A DNA stretch of 64,000 nt, from positions 52,390,001 to 52,454,000 of the forward strand of contig OX597827.1 of the NCBI GenBank assembly GCA_951406725.2, in the 5' to 3' direction. The notes beneath the pieces were generated by a model. The model did not search any database. It saw only the letters and a program-made list of their open reading frames with translations, and was not told the DNA's origin. The position numbers and the translations under genes are program-made. The DNA comes from Octopus vulgaris (taxonomy: Eukaryota). Below, piece by piece: positions 41,357 to 53,980 of this stretch (its first letter is position 1; each line of letters starts with the position of its first letter).

Positions 41357-42478
41357 TTTCCTCTTTTCCTAGTTTACTCAGATTTGTTTTGGTAGCTGAC
41401 TGCAGTCACGTTGATTGTGACCATTGTCAGACAGGGTCTTAGCGCGGATACGTCTGCTTATTCTATTTTTATTTTCTTATTGGAATTTCCTTTATTGATA
41501 TGAGGGGAAATGTGTAGGACGTCGGATGAAACAATTTACAGTATTTGGTTCCATTTCTCTTGCCAGCGAGGGATCAATAATTTAGGGTGTGTTATCCAGA
41601 AGAATCTCACGATGGCGTAACATACTCTAACGTTCCGAACTCTTGCGCTTTGTCTGTGAGTGAGGAAAATAAAGAAATTGTAGTCACTTTTGACACATGC
41701 ACACAAGAAAATAACAGCTTGCTGCAAAACAGTCCCGATCTCTCCATCTTCTTTAATCAGTAAATTCTACCTTCCTCACTGTCAGCGAACTTTTATCAAG
41801 GTCCTCAGTCATTCACAGGTATTGACGTTATTTAAAAAAGTATTACCCGTGTATAACTCTGGGAAAAGGATAGTAACGAAGAATGTTATTGCAGACATGA
41901 TGTTTTCCACAATGGCTGACTGGGGATGATTTGTTATATACACTAGTTTCACACGATTTCCAGTGAAGACCTATACAAGAGGACAGCCTGTTTGAAGGAT
42001 ATTTTACTGTTGCTTCTAGAAAATTGAACTATCTCATAGAACTCCTGAATTTCTTAAGGAGGTGTTTAATATTATTTTTTTAAAGATAGAGTAATGAATA
42101 ATGGAGTTAAACACTTTGCTAATGTAGTTAAAATGGAACATGTGATTCATTGTTGAAGCAGCTATACATTTATTTTTTCTTCTTTAGAGTGAAGTTAGTT
42201 AGCAGTGTGATGATTTGAATAGATCTATGCTGTACTCAAGAAGACCTGCCCACCACAACAGAATTGATATCCCAAAACCAAGGTGCCATGTAAATAGCAT
42301 TGATGTGGGTGCTGGTGCCATCCAAAAAGCACCGGTAATGGTGCCACATAGGGGCATTCAGTCATAAAAGCCAAGCCAAAACAGACTATGGAACTGGGTA
42401 CGACCCTTGGCTTTACCAGTTCCTGTCAAGCCATCCAACCCATGCCAGCATGGAAAACAGACATTAAATGTTGATGAT

Positions 42479-44318
42479 TTGGGTTCATGCCATGGAAAAG
42501 CACCACTAATGCCATATTTCTGGTAAGACAGCTGCAGGAGAAATACCCCCAATCCCTTATCTGGTGGTCAATGAAGAAACTAGGGATAGATCAATGGTTA
42601 GTGAGAGCTGTGCAAGCCATGTACAGGGACGCTGTCAGTAAGGTGAGGGTTGGCAACGTGTACAGTGAAGAATTCTGGGTAGAGGTAGGGGTCCACCAAG
42701 GTTCAGTCCTCAGCCCCTTCCTAATGATCATAGTCCTCCAGGCAATAATGGAGGAATTCAAGACAGCATGCCCCTGGGAGCTCCTCTATGTTGACGACCT
42801 TGCTCTAATTGCTGAGTCACTATCAGAACTAGAGGAGAAGTTTCAGGTGTGGAAACAAAGATTAGAATCGAAGAGCCTTAGAGTCAACTTAGCTAAAACC
42901 AAAGTCCTAATAAGTAGGAAGGCAGGCAAACCACAAATCCCTTCAGGTAGTTGGCCCTGCTCGATCTGTAGAAAAGGTGTAACAAAAAACTCTATAAGAT
43001 GTACCCAATGTAAGCTATGGACACATAAGAGGTGCAGCAATATCAAAAGACGGCTTACTGGGAAGATAGATTTTGTGTGTGGCAGATGCTCAGGAGCAAT
43101 AATCACTGAAAATGTGCAGAGAACAACTTCTGCCACATTCCAGGGAGTAAAACTAGAAGTAGTCGATAGCTTCTGTTAACTAGGTGACCAAGTCAGTAGC
43201 AGAGGAGGGTGCAATGAAAGTGTAGCTACTAGAAAAAGAATAGCCTGGGCAAAGATCAGAAAGCTCTTACCTCTGCTGGTGACAAAGGGCCTCTCGCTCA
43301 GAGTAAAAGGTAGACTGTATGACACATGTACAAACAGCCATGCTACATGGCAGTGAAACATGGGCCGTGACTGCTGAGGACATGCGTAAGCTCGCAAGTA
43401 ATGAACCCAGTATGCTTCAATGGATGTGTACTGTGAGTGTGCATACTTGACCGAGCATAAGTACCTTGAGAGAAAAGTTGGACCTAAGAAGTATCAGATG
43501 TAGTGTGCAAGAGAAACGACTGTGCTGGTATGGTCATGTGATGAGAATGGATGAGGATAGCTGTGTGAAAAAGTGTCACACACTAGCAGTGGAGGGAACC
43601 TGTGGAAGAGGTAGAGCCAGGAAGACCTGGGATGAAGTGGTGAAGCACGACCTTCGAACATTAGGCCTCACCGAAGCAATGGCTAGTGACTGAGACCTTT
43701 GGAAATATGCTGTGCTTGAGAAGACCCAGCAAACCAAGTGAGACCATAACCCCGTGGCCTGTGCCATAGGTGTAACCAGCCCACTTATGCATACCTTTCC
43801 TTCATTGGATTTTAAACTCTGCTTGTGAGGACCTGTTGAGGCAAGGGAAATCAAAATCAAATTCGATGACTGCCATCCATGCTAGTGGAGCGCTAAGAGC
43901 ACCATCCGTGCATGATTGTTGCCAGAGCAGCTAACTGGCTTGTGCTGGTGGCACATAAAAAGCACCATTCAAGTGTTATCATTACTAGCATCACTCTACT
44001 GGCACGAGAAAAAACATTTGAGCAAGGTCATTGCCAGTGCCACTGGACTGGCTCCTGTGCAGGTGGAACATGAAAAAACACCATTTGATAGTGGCCGTTG
44101 CCAGTACCGCCTGACTCGCTCCTGTGCCGGTGGCACGTAAAAGAACCCACTACACTCTCGGAGTGGTTGGCGTTAGGAAGGGCATCCAGCTGTAGAAACT
44201 CTTCCACATCAGACTGGAGCCTAGTGCAGCCATCTGGTTCACCAGTCCTCAGTCAAATCGTCCAACCCATGCTAGCATGGAAAGCGGACGTTAAGCAATG
44301 ATGATGATAATGATGATT
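42479..44318 (+). mobile_element. 5'-truncated RTE-clade LINE: RT with PHD-like insert, 3' UTR and (GAT)n tail
   Basis: ORF 42487-43179: GVHQGSVLSP, LLYVDDL, VNLAKTKVL, then CSIC..CTQCKLWTHKRC..CGRC; downstream RLCWYGHVMR, GRARKTW; tail ending atgatgat. Confidence 0.95.
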
Positions 44319-45214
44319 ATGATGGAATGGAAGTTTATAGTACCAAAAATGAGTCTTTGTAGGAATTTTTAGGGTGTTCATAGGAAAATGATGTGTTTGT
44401 GTGATGGTTACATTTTAGAATTGTTAAAATTTTAGCTAATTTCCAGATTTTGGAATTTTGGGTGTGCTGTTGTTGTTTGCTGGACTGAGTAAATCTATGA
44501 TCAAAAGCATTCCACTCATGACCATCTCATCCATATGTGCGTATCTAGGATTATCCTATCCAGTGTGTCATTTTTTTAAAAGACAGTGTTCTTTGAAGGA
44601 TATTTGGCTACTATTTCTTGCAGGCCAAATGACTGCATAGAGGCCTTCTTGGAGCCCTTGCATTCTTACTTTGGTGTCTGAAAGAAAGAAACAGTTAATA
44701 TCATGATGTATATGAAAGGTGTACATATTGTGTTTTGTGTCTCTGTTGTCCTTGTGTGGTTTTTGGTCACTGATTTTGAGAAAATGAAAATGTTTGCTGG
44801 GGTTTTTTTATAGTCAGGAGAGATGTGGTTATGTTTCTTCACAGGACCTCTTAAACTGGTGGGAGGGAGGTATGGTCAAAGCAGAGACCTGGCCTGAATG
44901 CTTGCAACAGAGTGGCACCCAAAATGCCAGGTTTAATCCAGGTCAGCTCCAACTGAGTACAAATTCTTGACATGACTGTCTTATTTTTTTCAAACATAAC
45001 CTGTCTCAAACTACATTAACCAATATGTGCTTTTTTTTTGTTTTTAAGATGCTAGGGTGTGTTTCTATGAGCAGGTTGCTGACTACATGCTTCACCGCCT
45101 TACCATCATTGCAGGACTTCCGAATAACAATATATATAAATTTATACGTCTAGTGCCAATATGAGTTGCAGGCTCAGGGATGTGGGAACGCCATGATCTC
45201 AAGCATAAGTAAAA

Positions 45215-46163
45215 GATATCCATGCATAGGCTTGAAAGAAATGAAGCTGGTATGATCCGCTGGATGTATAAGGTTAGTGTGCATGCACAACAGAGTGTAA
45301 GTGCCCTGAGAGAAATGTTGGACATAAGAGGCATCAAATGTGGTGTGCAAGAGACACAACTGCACTGGTATGGTCATATGTTACAGATGGATGAGGACAA
45401 CTGTGTGAGGAAGTGCCGCACGCAAACTGTAGAAGAGGTAGATCCAGGAAGACATGGGATGAGGTGGTGTAGCATCACCTTCGAGCATTGGATCTCACAG
45501 AGGTAATGACAGGAGACCGAGACGTTTGGAGATATGCTGTTATTGAGAAGACCAGGAAAGTAAAGTGAGATCGCAGCCATGGCCGATACCAGTGTTGCAT
45601 GTCTGGCCCATTTGAGAGTACCCTTGATGCATTGGGCAATATGATATATGCTTGAGAAGACCTGTTGAGTCAAGTAAAACTGAAATTGTAGCTGTAGCCA
45701 GTGCTCCCTGACTGGCTCCTATTCTGGTGGCACATAAAATGCATCATCCAAATGTGATCGATGCCAGTGTCCCCTGACTGGTTCCTGTGCTGGTGGCACA
45801 TAAAAAGCACCAACCAAACGTGGCCAATGCCAGTGTCCCTTGACTTGCTCTTATGCCGGTGGCATGTAAAAGGCACTATGCGAACATGGTTGATGCCAGG
45901 ACTGCCTGACTGGCTCCCGTGCCGGTGGCATGTAAAAGGTACTATTCAAACATGATTGATGTCAGGCCCACCTGACTGGCTCCTATGCCGGTAGCACATA
46001 AAAAGCACCCACTACACTCTCGGATTGGTTGGTGTTAGGAAGGGCATCAAGCTGTAGAAACATTGCCAAATCAGACTGGAGCCTGGTGCTGGCTCTCCAG
46101 ACCTCAGTCAAACCATCCAGCCCATGCCAGCATGAAAAACAGATGCTAAACGATGATGATGAT
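45215..46163 (+). mobile_element. RTE LINE 3' end with a tandem ~62-65 bp array in the 3' UTR
   Basis: RLERNEAGMIRWM...LHWYGHMLQM; about five units containing GTGCCGGTGGCACRTAAAAAGCACC; (GAT)n tail. Confidence 0.9.
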
Positions 46164-46779
46164 AGAACAATGCAATCATTGCATCAATTTAAATGCAGTG
46201 TCATTTTCAGCTGCACAAATAAATAAATAGAATTTTAACCAGTAGGAAACATCAATATGATTTTTCTCAAATATTTTAACAGAGCAAGAAGATGGAAGAA
46301 ATTCACATTGTTGCTATTGTAGTTAAGAATAGACTACACTTCCAAGAATCGCATGAAGCCTATTGGGGTCATAGTGTTGTAAGAGATTGTAATTCATTTA
46401 TCTCTTTATCAACTATTAGGTATTCGAGTATGAAATTTGTAGAAAAGAAGAAAAGTTTGTAAATGTTTTATAAATACAAAAATTATTTTCTTAACTATTA
46501 ATTTTATTAACCACCTTCTCTTCCTTCTTCCAAACTTTACCATCAATGTCATGCTTCACTTTGTCTTTTCCTTCCATTTCATTTCCTCCTTGTTTTAAAT
46601 ATACATTTTTCCATGTTTGTATGAGGTAGACAGAATTCACTGAGGCAGACTTTCTATGGCTGAATGCCCTTTCTGTCATCAATTACCTGTTTCTAAGTAA
46701 GTGATTTCCCCTTGACGTTTTTCCACAGAAGATTGGAAAAGAAATGACACTGCTTGTATACATTTACACACACACAACA

Positions 46780-48693
46780 ATTTTCCATTCTTTCTTGTCT
46801 TATACTCCCAATTTCTTAAAATTCTTCTCAGCATTATTTGGATTTACTAGTCATACATGAAGAATTACCTTGGATATTTATTCTATTTGTATTTATTGGT
46901 ATCTGATTGTTGGATATGGCTAACCAAATTCGTTTAACACTGAGTGCATTATAGTAAGTTATTTCACCTTGACTGGACGTTTTCTACAGAAGATTGGAAA
47001 AGAAATGACACTGCTTGTATTCGCTGAAAACTATTGTGATGTCAAGACAAGGAGACACACACACAAGCAACAGATTTCTTTCAGTTTCCCTATACCAAAT
47101 CCACTCACAAGGCTTTTGTTGGCCCAGAGCAATGCTAGAAGATACTTACATGAAGTGCCACACACTGGGACTAAACCATAACCATGTAGTTGGTTGGAAA
47201 GTGAACTACATAGCCATACTTGTGTCATTTTATTTTTTAGCCAAGAGTTTATTAAAATTTGTTTTACTTTCAATTTTCATGTACATTCTAGCTCTGATGA
47301 CTATCTTTCAATTCTAGTCTATCATGAAAATTTTGGCAGTAAAAACAGAAAATAAATGAATCAATCAATAAATAATACCTTGCTTGGAAACAGGTGAGGG
47401 CTGGTGACAGGACTGGCATCTGGCTGTACAAAATCTGCCTCAACACATTCTATCTAACCCATGCAAGCATGGAAAAGTGGATGTTAGATGAAAATGATTT
47501 AATAAATGACCAATGGAAAACACAAGAGATGTTGATGAGATCAGTGAGCAGGTCATAGTAAAGCGAGAAAACATTTTGATTTTTGTAACAAAATGATAAA
47601 AAAATGAAATAAATAATATCAGTCAGTGTATAGGTTTAATTAACGGTGAGGTAACTTTAAACAAAATAATGTCTATTTATGTGCTTATATGTATACATCT
47701 GTAAATTATTGTAAGCGCATGCTTGATTGTGTTTTTTATGTACATTATTTGAATGGTAAATTACAATACAGACACAAAAATATAAATATATACATACATA
47801 TATATGTATACATATATACATTATACATATACATACATACATATATACATTATACATATACATACATACATATATATATATATATTAATTGTTATCGCCA
47901 TATTAATATGGCAGTCTTATAGATATAAGACTAAAGCTGTCGCTGATTAGCTCTATGAGGCCATCGCCTTAAGCTAGCTATTTGACACACAAACTGTGTC
48001 CATTTTAATATTTCTAATATATATATATATTTATATATATATATATATATATATGCACACATACATCTACACATACATACACATACCTACATATAAACAC
48101 ACACACATATATATACATACAAACATGCATACACCTTTATGTACATACATATTTATACATTTACACACACACAACAAGAATGGAGAAAATGTATGATTAC
48201 CCCAGACATTAATGATTATCATTTCTACTGTGCCAGCATATTTAGAAACAGAAAAAAGGTATAAAATATAAGGACAAATTAATATATCAGAAAATATATA
48301 CTAACACAACATTATCAAGGCAATCCAAAATGGGCTAAATTGAAAGTGAACTAAGAAAATATCTGCAATAAATGAATGCATAAAAAAAAAGGTTAAGAAG
48401 AAATATAATATTCTAAGAAAAGCCAGTTTAATATTAACTTTCGATGAAGTTAGTAGATAATGAAAGAATAAAAAATAAACATCAGTAATGTATGGTGTAA
48501 TCATCAATTAAAGATGTGATTTTCTATTCTTTCTTGTCATATACTCCCAATTTCTTGAAATTCTTCTAAGCAATATCTGGATTTACTTATCATACATGAA
48601 GAATTACCTTGGATATTTATTCTATTTGTATCTATTGGTATCTGATTGTTGGATATAGTTAACCAAATTCGTTTAACACTAAGTGCATTATAG
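46780..48693 (+). repeat. Local direct duplication of ~175 bp (46780-46954 and 48519-48693)
   Basis: Shared CATACATGAAGAATTACCTTGGATATTTATTCTATTTG...CCAAATTCGTTTAACACT, roughly 90% identical. Confidence 0.92.
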
Positions 48694-48999
48694 ATAGCTA
48701 CCTGGATTTATCAGCCCCTTTTACTTCTTAGTAATATATACACACACATATATAATATATATATATAAACATATATATATGCATACATACATATATATAT
48801 GCATACATATATACAAACACACACATATACACACAGATATAAATACATAAGAGAGAGGGAGAGAGAGAGAGAATGCAAATTAGTGTTTGTGTGTCTTGAT
48901 GTGAACACGCATTAAATACTGTTGGTTTTAGGCAATATGTATGTGTATAAATATATGAAAGCATAGGTAAATGTATATTTGTGAGGATGTATATATGTG

Positions 49000-49841
49000 G
49001 AAAAGAAGTTTGGTGAATAGCACATTTTAATTCAATTCAGTTCATTTCATAGTCGCTGTTTTCTCTTACATGTTCTTTAATATATCCTGGGTTTTTTTAG
49101 CTTTTTTTATTTATCCATTTAAAAAAAATGTTTGTGGCCTTTCTCCAAATCCTTTTTTTATACTTTCCTTTATTTTTTCATGTCTTTTTTTGATAGTCAT
49201 AACTTTTATATATCCATTTATTTGGCTTGTATATCATTTATAAAATATATTTTCTATCATATCCTTCTTTCTCCATATTCTTTCATATTGTGAATATCTT
49301 TTTGGAGTTTCATTTTTCATCGCTTGGTCACTGTTTTTCTCTTTTTCACTCAAAGCTGATGAAAGAGCAAAATTTTTTTTGAAATTTAAAGATCCTTCAT
49401 TTGAGAAAGGGCCAAATAGAAACACCAAGTATTACTGAAGTACATCCGAAACGTATGGCTTGTAATGATGGATCTCGCAGAAATGGTGATGATCGTGGCA
49501 GTTGTGGTATTGTGGTTTCCTTCATAACAAGGAGCATAGCATCACCTGTAGATTCTTTGATAGTGGTCGTCGTAGTAGTAGTAGTAGTAAGTGTAGTTTT
49601 AGTAATAGCAATGGTGATGGTGATAGCAGTGCGGCTTTAAAACAAAGCTTGATACTTCTGGAGATTTCTGCAGTGGTCTGAAAGTATAAGTAATAGTAAT
49701 TAAAGTAGTAGCATCTGCTTTTCTTTCTACGAAATGAGAAGATACATTGCGGAACTGTTATTCTAATGAGTTGTATCTATTTATCACCCAGTGGGACACA
49801 TCTGTATTGCTGGATGCTCTTGAACCAGTTAAGTGTCCCAC
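49000..49841 (-). other. Probable 3' UTR exon of the C10orf88 homolog
   Basis: GTAAGT donor at 52521, 10 nt after the stop; candidate acceptor TTCCTTACAG at 49842 (alternative TTTCAG near 49678); TE-poor sequence. 3' boundary unknown. Confidence 0.45.
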
Positions 49842-49986
49842 CTGTAAGGAATCAATACTAGATGTATCAAAACAATTGTTGTGATTAAAAAAAATTCTCG
49901 TATATTCCATCTTCCATTTACCATATATACATTTATGTATATGTATAAATATATGTATGTGTGTATCTCTTTCTCGCTCTCTCCCC

Positions 49987-50026
<40 letters not shown>

Positions 50027-50528
50027 GTACCTCCTCTATAGAAAGACACCTATTTCTGCCTCCCTATTTCTCTGTCACACTCTAACCTTTCATCATCTGA
50101 TACTGAATCACCTTCTCCAATGCTCCCTCCGTTATAGTAAGACACCTGTTTCTGTCTCTCTGTCTCTTTGTCACCCTCTGACATGAGCTTCTCTCCTCAA
50201 ATGCTCCTGCCCTTCTCATAATTCTTTGACTTGAGTTACTTGCCAGTGCTGGTGCCACGTAAAAAGCATCCAGTCAACACTGTAAAGTGGTTAGCATTTG
50301 GGAGGGCATCTAGCTGTAAAAATCAGGCCAAAATTAACCTCGCCTGTGCTTGTGCCATGTAAAAAGCACTGAGTCCACTCTACAGAAAGGTTGGTGTTAG
50401 GAAGGGCACCCAGCAGTAAAATCTCTGCCAAAACAGACAGAGTAGCATAGGATAGTTCTACCTGGCTAGCTACTGTAAACTGGCCTACCTATGCATGCAT
50501 GGAAGATGGATGTTAAACGATGCTGACG

Positions 50529-50578
<50 letters not shown>

Positions 50579-50677
50579 GATATAGGGTGAAATATAATTA
50601 ATTTAATAAAATCAACAAACTTCACCTAGTAGTATTTCGGTATGGAAAAGGACCATATTCGGTAAAAATTTATATAA

Positions 50678-50880
50678 TTATAATAATAAATGTTTTTTGC
50701 AACAAGTTGCTTAAACCACATACCGAAAATTTTAGAAATAGCAGTCAAAAGACTACTATTTCCTTTTACTACAAGACTTATTTTTGTAGTAAAAAGAAAT
50801 AGTAGTCTTTCGGCTGCTATTTCTAAAATTTTCGGTATGTGGTTTAAACAACGTGTTGCAAAAAACCATTATTATTATAA
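50678..50880. repeat. Imperfect palindrome, ~95-bp arms, ~9-nt loop
   Basis: TTAAACCACATACCGAAAATTTTAGAAATAGCAG mirrored by CTGCTATTTCTAAAATTTTCGGTATGTGGTTTAA. Confidence 0.93.
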
Positions 50881-51597
50881 TTATTATGTGTGTGTGTGTG
50901 TGTGTGTGTGAGTGTGTGTGTGTGTGTGTGTGCGCATGTGTGTGTATATGTATATATATATATATCAGAAAGCAGAACCAAAATTGAGGTCGATCAACAT
51001 CAGTGGAAATTGCAGCTGTGGGACGTAAAAGCACCATCCGTTCGTGTCCGCTGCCAGCCTCGCCTGGCCCCCGTGCCGGTGGCACGTAAAAGCACCATCC
51101 ATTCGTGGCCGTTTGCCAGCTCCGTCTGGCACCTGTGCGGGTGGCACGTAAAAAGCACCCACTACACTCACGGAGTGGTTGGCGTTAGGAAGGGCATCCA
51201 ACCATAGAAACACTGCCAGATCTGACTGGGCCTGATGCAGCCTTCCGGCTTCACAGACCCTAGTTGAACCGTCCAACCCATGCTAGCATGGAAAACGGAT
51301 GCTAAATGATGATGATGATGATGATATATATATATATATATATAAATAGAGTTAGCGGTTGTAGTAACCGACTAAGGGATAAATATCCGTATATACTATC
51401 AGTATCCGTTACCTGTGTTATCCCTGGGCAATGGTGTGCAAGGACACCATATATGTCGAGCACAGGTGACAATCGGATAAACAAAAGTTTATTAGGAGCC
51501 AATTCAAATAATTAGAAAATGGAGAAAAACAGATTAACCAGTAGATTGATTGGACCACATTTGAAGCTTGTATATTGATACAAAGCAAGACATAACA

Positions 51598-51712
51598 GCT
51601 AACAGCTGTTTCTGATCAGATTCCCAGAATGCAGTCTATACAAAAATGTGAGAATAAAATTCTTCATCTTCATAGGGTATTCGAATTAAGGCAACCAATC
51701 TTCATCAGAGTA
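51598..51712 (-). ncRNA. Hammerhead-like motif with intact core boxes and a long stem II loop
   Basis: Minus strand CTGATGA-a-GATTGG...CTGATC-a-GAAA-CAGCTG-TT; palindromic stem III as in PLE hammerheads; stem I weak. Confidence 0.5.
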
Positions 51713-51760
51713 AAAAGCAAGAGCATGCAATATAAACAAAGAGAAGGAAGAGATAAGAAA

Positions 51761-52166
51761 ACATGGTTTAGACAAATAGTCTAAAAGCCCAATATGTTAA
51801 GTGCACATAATTATTTACCATCTGAGCTCCAAGAATATAGATGAGAGAGTGAGATATTAAAGGCCTAGTTATTAATGGGAGGGTGCAGTTAGGAGGAGGG
51901 GTCAGGGTGTCAAAGAAAGAAATTATCCAGAAGCTCTATTTAAAGAAAACACTAACATAATTATCAAAGATCAAAACTATGTTAATGGAGTAAACTTCTT
52001 TAACACTCTGACCCCCCACTTCTAATTGCACCCTCCCATTAATAACTAGTAGTATTCCCTAGTCCTTTTCCAGCTCACTCCCTCATCTATGTTCTTGGAG
52101 CTCGGATGGTAAATAATTATGTGCACTTAACATATTGGGCTTTTAGACTATTTGTCTAAACCATGT
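51761..52166. repeat. Inverted repeat, ~155-170-bp arms, ~80-bp spacer
   Basis: ACATGGTTTAGACAAATAGTCTAAAAGCCC... mirrored by ...GGGCTTTTAGACTATTTGTCTAAACCATGT. Confidence 0.93.
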
Positions 52167-52531
52167 GTAGCTTTCGTTAAGATTTCAACACCAGACCTTA
52201 ATCTACTTGTAACTTTAGAAGAAAAATTTTGTTGAAAATGGACCAGATGTTAAATCTGAATTTAACCTAAGTCAAGCTAAAGTCTTTCTTTACTCAAATG
52301 TTAATCTTCAATATAGTCCAAGTATTTAGTATGATATTACTTCTGGATATAACCTTGTCAGTTCCTAGATGTTGCTTTCTACATAATTCAGCTTTATTGC
52401 CTAACTGTCAACTTATATTTTTTAAGTGAAATAAAGATCATAGCCCAGAGCATAGCTTAAATTGCTTGACATTAACCAGGAAATTAACTGAGTTAAAGTT
52501 GATTGAAAGTAGAAAACTTACCAAATGTAGG

Positions 52532-52706
52532 CTATGGGTTGGTTTTACTGGCTGTAATAGTATTTAATAAAGCATCCAGTTTACTGCCCAACCGATCTTC
52601 CAGCCGCTTCAGTTGGTCATCAACAGTCTCAAGGATTCTGGTTTCAGCTTGAGACACACGATCTTCCACCATTTTGGATACATCAACAGGATCTTTCTTC
52701 ATTGAT
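52532..52706 (-). CDS. C10orf88: C10orf88/PAAT homolog last coding exon (SMKKDPVDVSKMVEDRVSQAETRILETVDDQLKRLEDRLGSKLDALLNTITASKTNP*)
   Basis: TGTAG acceptor, phase 2, TAG stop; coiled-coil pattern like MEKKLMDYIDQRIHELQEHIDDKIALLL. Confidence 0.88.
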
Positions 52707-53553
52707 CTACATAGAGAGACTGACATGTGAGATTGAACAAGACACCGATATATTATAGTATATCTTAATTAGGGTATAACACTAATATAGTGTGACATAG
52801 TTGTAGTATATTGTAGTAATTACATAGCATAGTTAGTTACAACTGGAGAATACAGCTTCTACTATAGACTACTAAAATATGGCTTCTACCATACAGCAGT
52901 CACTAGTATGTAACCTCTTCAGTAAGGGGATAATGAAGGATATAGTTGAGTGAATTATCTGTATACCACTTGCATTTGTTGTATTGATTCTAGAGCGATG
53001 AAAGCAGTTTACTTTATGTTTAGAAAGTAATATGTAAAGAGACAACACTAAATAAAATAATATATTTAGAATCTGGCTTCCACTGTTTCTGATTACTTGC
53101 AGCCCTAAACTGTATGTGAATGTCACATAATCATTGACAGGCTATTAGATCATTAGAAAAAGCCTTGTCTTGACACAGCACATCAAGTGCAAGTCAAACT
53201 GGGACATCAGTTTTATTGATCATTGTTGAAAAATTTGGGGATGAGCAAACACTAAGTGAAATAACTCAAATAGGAACCAAACCTAATTTGAAGAACTCAG
53301 CTTCTTGTGAATACAGTAATTCTAAATGATGTTAATCTGACAACTCATTTTCCAAATATTTTACATCAATTTTCCCAGTTTTCATTCTGTTGGAATTATT
53401 TTATAATTGTTTTACAGTTTACTTACTAATCATTAACCACCAATCAAGTATACTGGAGCAAGTACAATTAAAAATAGGGCTTCTGCTTATCTTCACAAGC
53501 ATTGTTTACATAAATAAAATCACAAACAAACAAAAATTTATTCCAAAACTCAC

Positions 53554-53765
53554 TCTTGATTCCTTTGATTAGTAACTTCACTACAAATGTTCTGAAGAGC
53601 TGAAAAGGTGGCTGTCTGAGATGTATTCTGTTCTGTACTAGTTTGCTCTTTCATCTGGAGCATTTGGCCAAAAGCTGAGACAACTCGAGTCATATCAAAA
53701 TCTGGTGAGGTTGAACTATTCTTATCTAAATTCTTTGACATGTCCTCAATTTGGTTTTGTTGATT
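53554..53765 (-). CDS. C10orf88: C10orf88/PAAT homolog coding exon 4 (NQQNQIEDMSK...FSALQNICSEVTNQRNQ)
   Basis: AAG acceptor after a pyrimidine tract, GTGAGT donor; LQNICSEV matches LQNLCSQV of C10orf88. Confidence 0.85.
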
Positions 53766-53980
53766 CTTTGGATGAGAAAAGAAGCACAGCTTTAGAACTT
53801 ACATGACCCTGAGTCAACACTCTCTCACACACACACAAACACTATACAAAAACTTTGGAAGCCATATCACGTTCATTGAGTTTTCCTCTGATTCAACAAT
53901 TTTCACCACAACAAGAGTTAAGAAATCAAGAATTAACAATAACAACAACAACAGAAGGAAGGAGCAAATATTGTCCTCAC

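Noticed and set aside
41520-41930. Divergent plus-strand gene sharing the TMEM128 promoter
   Set aside because: Only a GTGAGT donor-like site and short ORFs; no downstream coding exons found.
45700-46012. CRISPR-like repeat-spacer array
   Set aside because: Eukaryotic context, spacers are mutually similar, no cas genes, and the array lies in a LINE 3' UTR.
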